A stretch of DNA of 37,878 bases, from NCBI RefSeq assembly GCF_006345805.1, contig NW_021835887.1, positions 1-37,878 on the forward strand, given 5' to 3'. This DNA comes from Octopus sinensis. Taxonomy: Eukaryota. Below, one piece after another: positions 34,636 to 37,878 of this stretch (positions are counted from its first letter, which is position 1; each line of letters opens with the position of its first letter). The notes under the pieces were generated by a model, which was not told the DNA's origin, ran no database searches, and saw only the letters and a list, made by a program, of their open reading frames with translations. Position numbers and translations under genes: made by a program.

Positions 34636-35124
34636 GTACAAAATTTTCCACTTTCCAACACACACTTTCTCTCCCCCCCACACACACACACTCACACACA
34701 GACACAAACACACAAACACTTTTATTATCTTTCTTATTATCTTCTGATCTTTCTATCTCTCAGCCCTTCGGTTTGTTTACAATCTAGACACACCTGTCCC
34801 TCTGCCTGTCCTATCAGCTCCTCACATCTGTTACTCTGTCAGTCTGCCTCTCTCTCCAACTGTTCGTCTCTATGCATTTCCTCTTTCTTTATCTGTCTGT
34901 GTGTCAGTCTACATCTACCTGTCAGTCTCTAACATGTGTCTATGCCTTTCAAAATCCATCTCTCCTTTCCTCTCTTGGTCTCTCCCCCTCATTCTCTTTC
35001 TTTCTCTCTCTCTACCTCTCTCTCTCCCTCTACCTCTCTCTCTCTAGAGAGGACGCTCTCCCTCTTTCTCTGCTGATTTGCATATTTTTCATACTTTTTA
35101 TCGGCACAAGTTAAGATTTGAAAA

Positions 35125-35420
35125 ATATATATATAATATATATATGCATGTATGTATGTATGTATGTATGTATGTATGTATGTATGTATGTATGTATGTG
35201 TATTTATAAGTATATATATATATATATATTTACATACATACATACATGCATGCATGCATGCATGCATGCATACATACAACATACATACATACATACATAC
35301 ATACATACTACATACATACGTACATACATACATACATACATACATACATACATACATACATACATACATACGTACATACATATAGATATATATGCATACA
35401 TATATGTATATATATATATG
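35125..35420. repeat. (GTAT)n followed by its complement (CATA)n
   Basis: Direct reading; self-complementary arrangement about 35210. Confidence 0.9.
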
Positions 35421-36637
35421 TTGTGCGTGCAGTTCAAGCTAGTTTCCAGAAAGTTGAAGACGTTGTTTTTCAATGAATTATGTTGTAGTTGTAACAGTAA
35501 AATGAAGCGTTGCTGTCACCAGTGCCATGTTCTTTGTCTTGAATGCGTTAGCAAACATTTCATACCGTGCCTGCAATTCCATATTAACTCCGTTAATATC
35601 GACTTGCTGACAATAGCTGTTTTTCTATTCATTCTTTGTGTAGGGTTGTTATATGATATTTCGCAGTTAAACATAAATTACTCTATTTTTGAAGTATTAT
35701 TGAATAGGTGCCGTTCTATCCCTGTAGCAAATGCGATGCCGATAACCTCTTGCTGATCTTTCTTTTACTAAATTTACCTCGAATGAGCAGTGTAATGCTT
35801 TCATGGTGACCGTGTTATAAAATGTAAGCATACCAGTACAATTAGCTCTTAAATTAGTTTCCTATAGAATTAATGTAAGGCAACATAGCATCTCCATTTC
35901 GTTGCAAGTATAGTGAGCTGACACATGATGCACCGACTCATGCAATTGTTATTCAAGGGACATGATTCAGCGTTTCGACAAATGCTTTAAGTTCATCGTT
36001 ATATCCTGTAAATTGACAAATAGCAACAGGTACCAAGTTTGTATCTAACTTCAAGTTGTGCATGATTGTTTCCTGAACGTGTCAGCTGTGCATTCACTCC
36101 AGCTGTTGGAAATCATCATGGTGTCGTCCAATACAGTCCTACGCTACTATTGTTGTCCATCTGCTCTGGTTTACTCTAAAGAAAAATGTCTATAATTTCA
36201 AACGCAGCACGCTATATCTTCTCAATGAAACGTTTAAAATGTCCCTATTCATTGCTATTAATTATAAGTATGCATGTAGATCGTGCTTTAGTTTTGAGAC
36301 TAGGTGCAAAGTGAATGGTTATATGGAAGAGATTTTCTAAGATACATAAATAATAATCTACAATGTTAAATTCTATAAAACAGCAATTCCCAATCTCTTT
36401 AAATCGGCCTATGACAAAAGCTGATATTTACTTGTACTCATCTTCTTTTGCTGATTGTCAAGTCTAGTTCGCTTTGCCCTGGAATAAACAGCCTACAGTT
36501 CAGAGTGTAGTTTACATTGATTTCAGATCTTTGGGTGTAATGTATGCATTTTTCTTAGTTATTCCGTTAGTTTTCTTTTTAAACGCAGTGTGGGTACTTT
36601 TTATCTGATTATATATGTTAATATTCCTGTATAAATA

Positions 36638-36870
36638 GGACTGCGAGCTAGCAGAATCGTTAGCACACCGGGTGAAATGCTTAGCGGTATTTCGTCTACC
36701 GTTACGTTGTGAGTTCAAATTCCTCCGAGTTCGACAGTGCCTTTCATCCTTTCGGGGTCGATTAAATAAGTACTAGTTACGCACTGGGGCTGATGTAATC
36801 TACTTAATCCCTTTGTCTGTCCTTATTTGTCCCCTCTACGTTTAGCCCCCTGTGGGCAATAAAGAAATAA
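36638..36870 (+). mobile_element. SINE family B variant with different 3' end
   Basis: GCGAGCTAGCAGAATCGTTAGCAC...GAGTTCAAATTCC...GCCTTTCATCCTTTCGGGGTCGAT; tail CAATAAAGAAATAA. Confidence 0.88.
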
Positions 36871-37230
36871 ATATTCTTGTATTGTGGTATTTTTAGAGAA
36901 TTTTACTGTGCAGTGCAGTAAGTTATTATGTGTGATATAAATTCTACAGGTATTTGACATAACTAACACGCCCCAAAGCTCAATAGGAGAAACTCCAGGG
37001 TTAATTCCCAGATGAAATGATGTGTGTGTGTGTGTGTATATAGAGATAAAAACTTGTCATCAAATGATATTAGATAAATACTTACACCAAGTGCACAAGC
37101 GAATAAGCAGACTCTTTCATGGCTATTCAACTGTTCACAGAGCTGACACAAGCACAACCAGGCAGGCATCCATAATTACTTCAAGACCATAACAACATAC
37201 AACTCACCACGTATATCAATATCATAAATA

Positions 37231-37510
37231 ATGCGCAAGATAAGTGAGAGGAAAGCAGAACCGTGGGCGAAGGAGGTTGGGTGTAGAGGATTTGCAGGGC
37301 TCACTGCGATGAGCAAGATCCAGGCTTTGGGTGTGGCTGGATGTGATATGAAGTGGCTCGCTGAGTCGGATTTGTGGAGAAGAGCGTGGAGAATATTGTG
37401 TAGGGTATTCGAATGTAGTGCTAGGCAGGTAGGGGTCGGAGGTACCGTAATTCAAGGACCGAAACAGCGATGAGAACTAGTAGAGTGCTGAAGATGTTCC
37501 AGTGTCGGTA
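37231..37510 (+). mobile_element. 3' remnant of a non-LTR retrotransposon with restriction-like endonuclease (HERO-like)
   Basis: ORF 37231-37473 contains EVGCRGFAG...ALGVAG, which I recognise as the C-terminal end of the restriction-like endonuclease region of HERO-type elements; recognition from memory, no RT domain visible. Confidence 0.6.
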
Positions 37511-37544
37511 TCCAGGGACTACGCAGTAAATATATTGTGGGTAT

Positions 37545-37658
37545 TTGTGTGTGTGTGTGTGTGTGTGTGTATAAAAGTGAGAGATAGACAGACAGACAAA
37601 TCAATAGCTAGATAGATAGATAAATTGATAATCAGATAGATAGACAGATAGATCTACT

Positions 37659-37708
<50 letters not shown>

Positions 37709-37878
37709 GTATATATATATATAATATATATATATCATATATATATAAATATATATATATTATATACCAAATATATGGGGAGAGAAGAGAGAGAAAAGTA
37801 GAGAAATAGAGAAGAGTGAGAGATAAATATACAAATATGTGTGTGTGTACGTATGTATGTGTGTGTGTGTGCGCGTGT
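37545..37878. repeat. Compound (GT)n/(GATA)n/(CT)n/(TA)n microsatellites
   Basis: Direct reading. Confidence 0.9.

Overview
AT-rich, microsatellite-saturated eukaryotic DNA. The SINE families and repeat load suggest an octopus/coleoid cephalopod genome (inference). The only convincing protein-coding gene is a large-Maf bZIP transcription factor with an uninterrupted CDS (19305-20102, minus strand). The rest is three families of tRNA-derived SINEs (about 18 copies), three decayed mariner elements, two MITEs, a probable solo LTR, a non-LTR retrotransposon remnant, tandem duplications and simple repeats; almost all other ORFs in the track are translations of these. Main things worth a second look: (1) several different dispersed minimal type I hammerhead ribozymes of the Penelope-like-element kind (well formed at 7598-7653, 11377-11416 and 17359-17407; decayed at 1601, 31216 and 32368); (2) an exact DPKKKRKV-stop (SV40-type NLS) coding stretch in frame with, and 6 codons before, the Maf ATG, just after a candidate splice acceptor; (3) a ~107-bp fold-back hairpin at 30375-30608; (4) a MITE carrying a captured SINE fragment; (5) a MARE-like site in the Maf gene's own 3' region.
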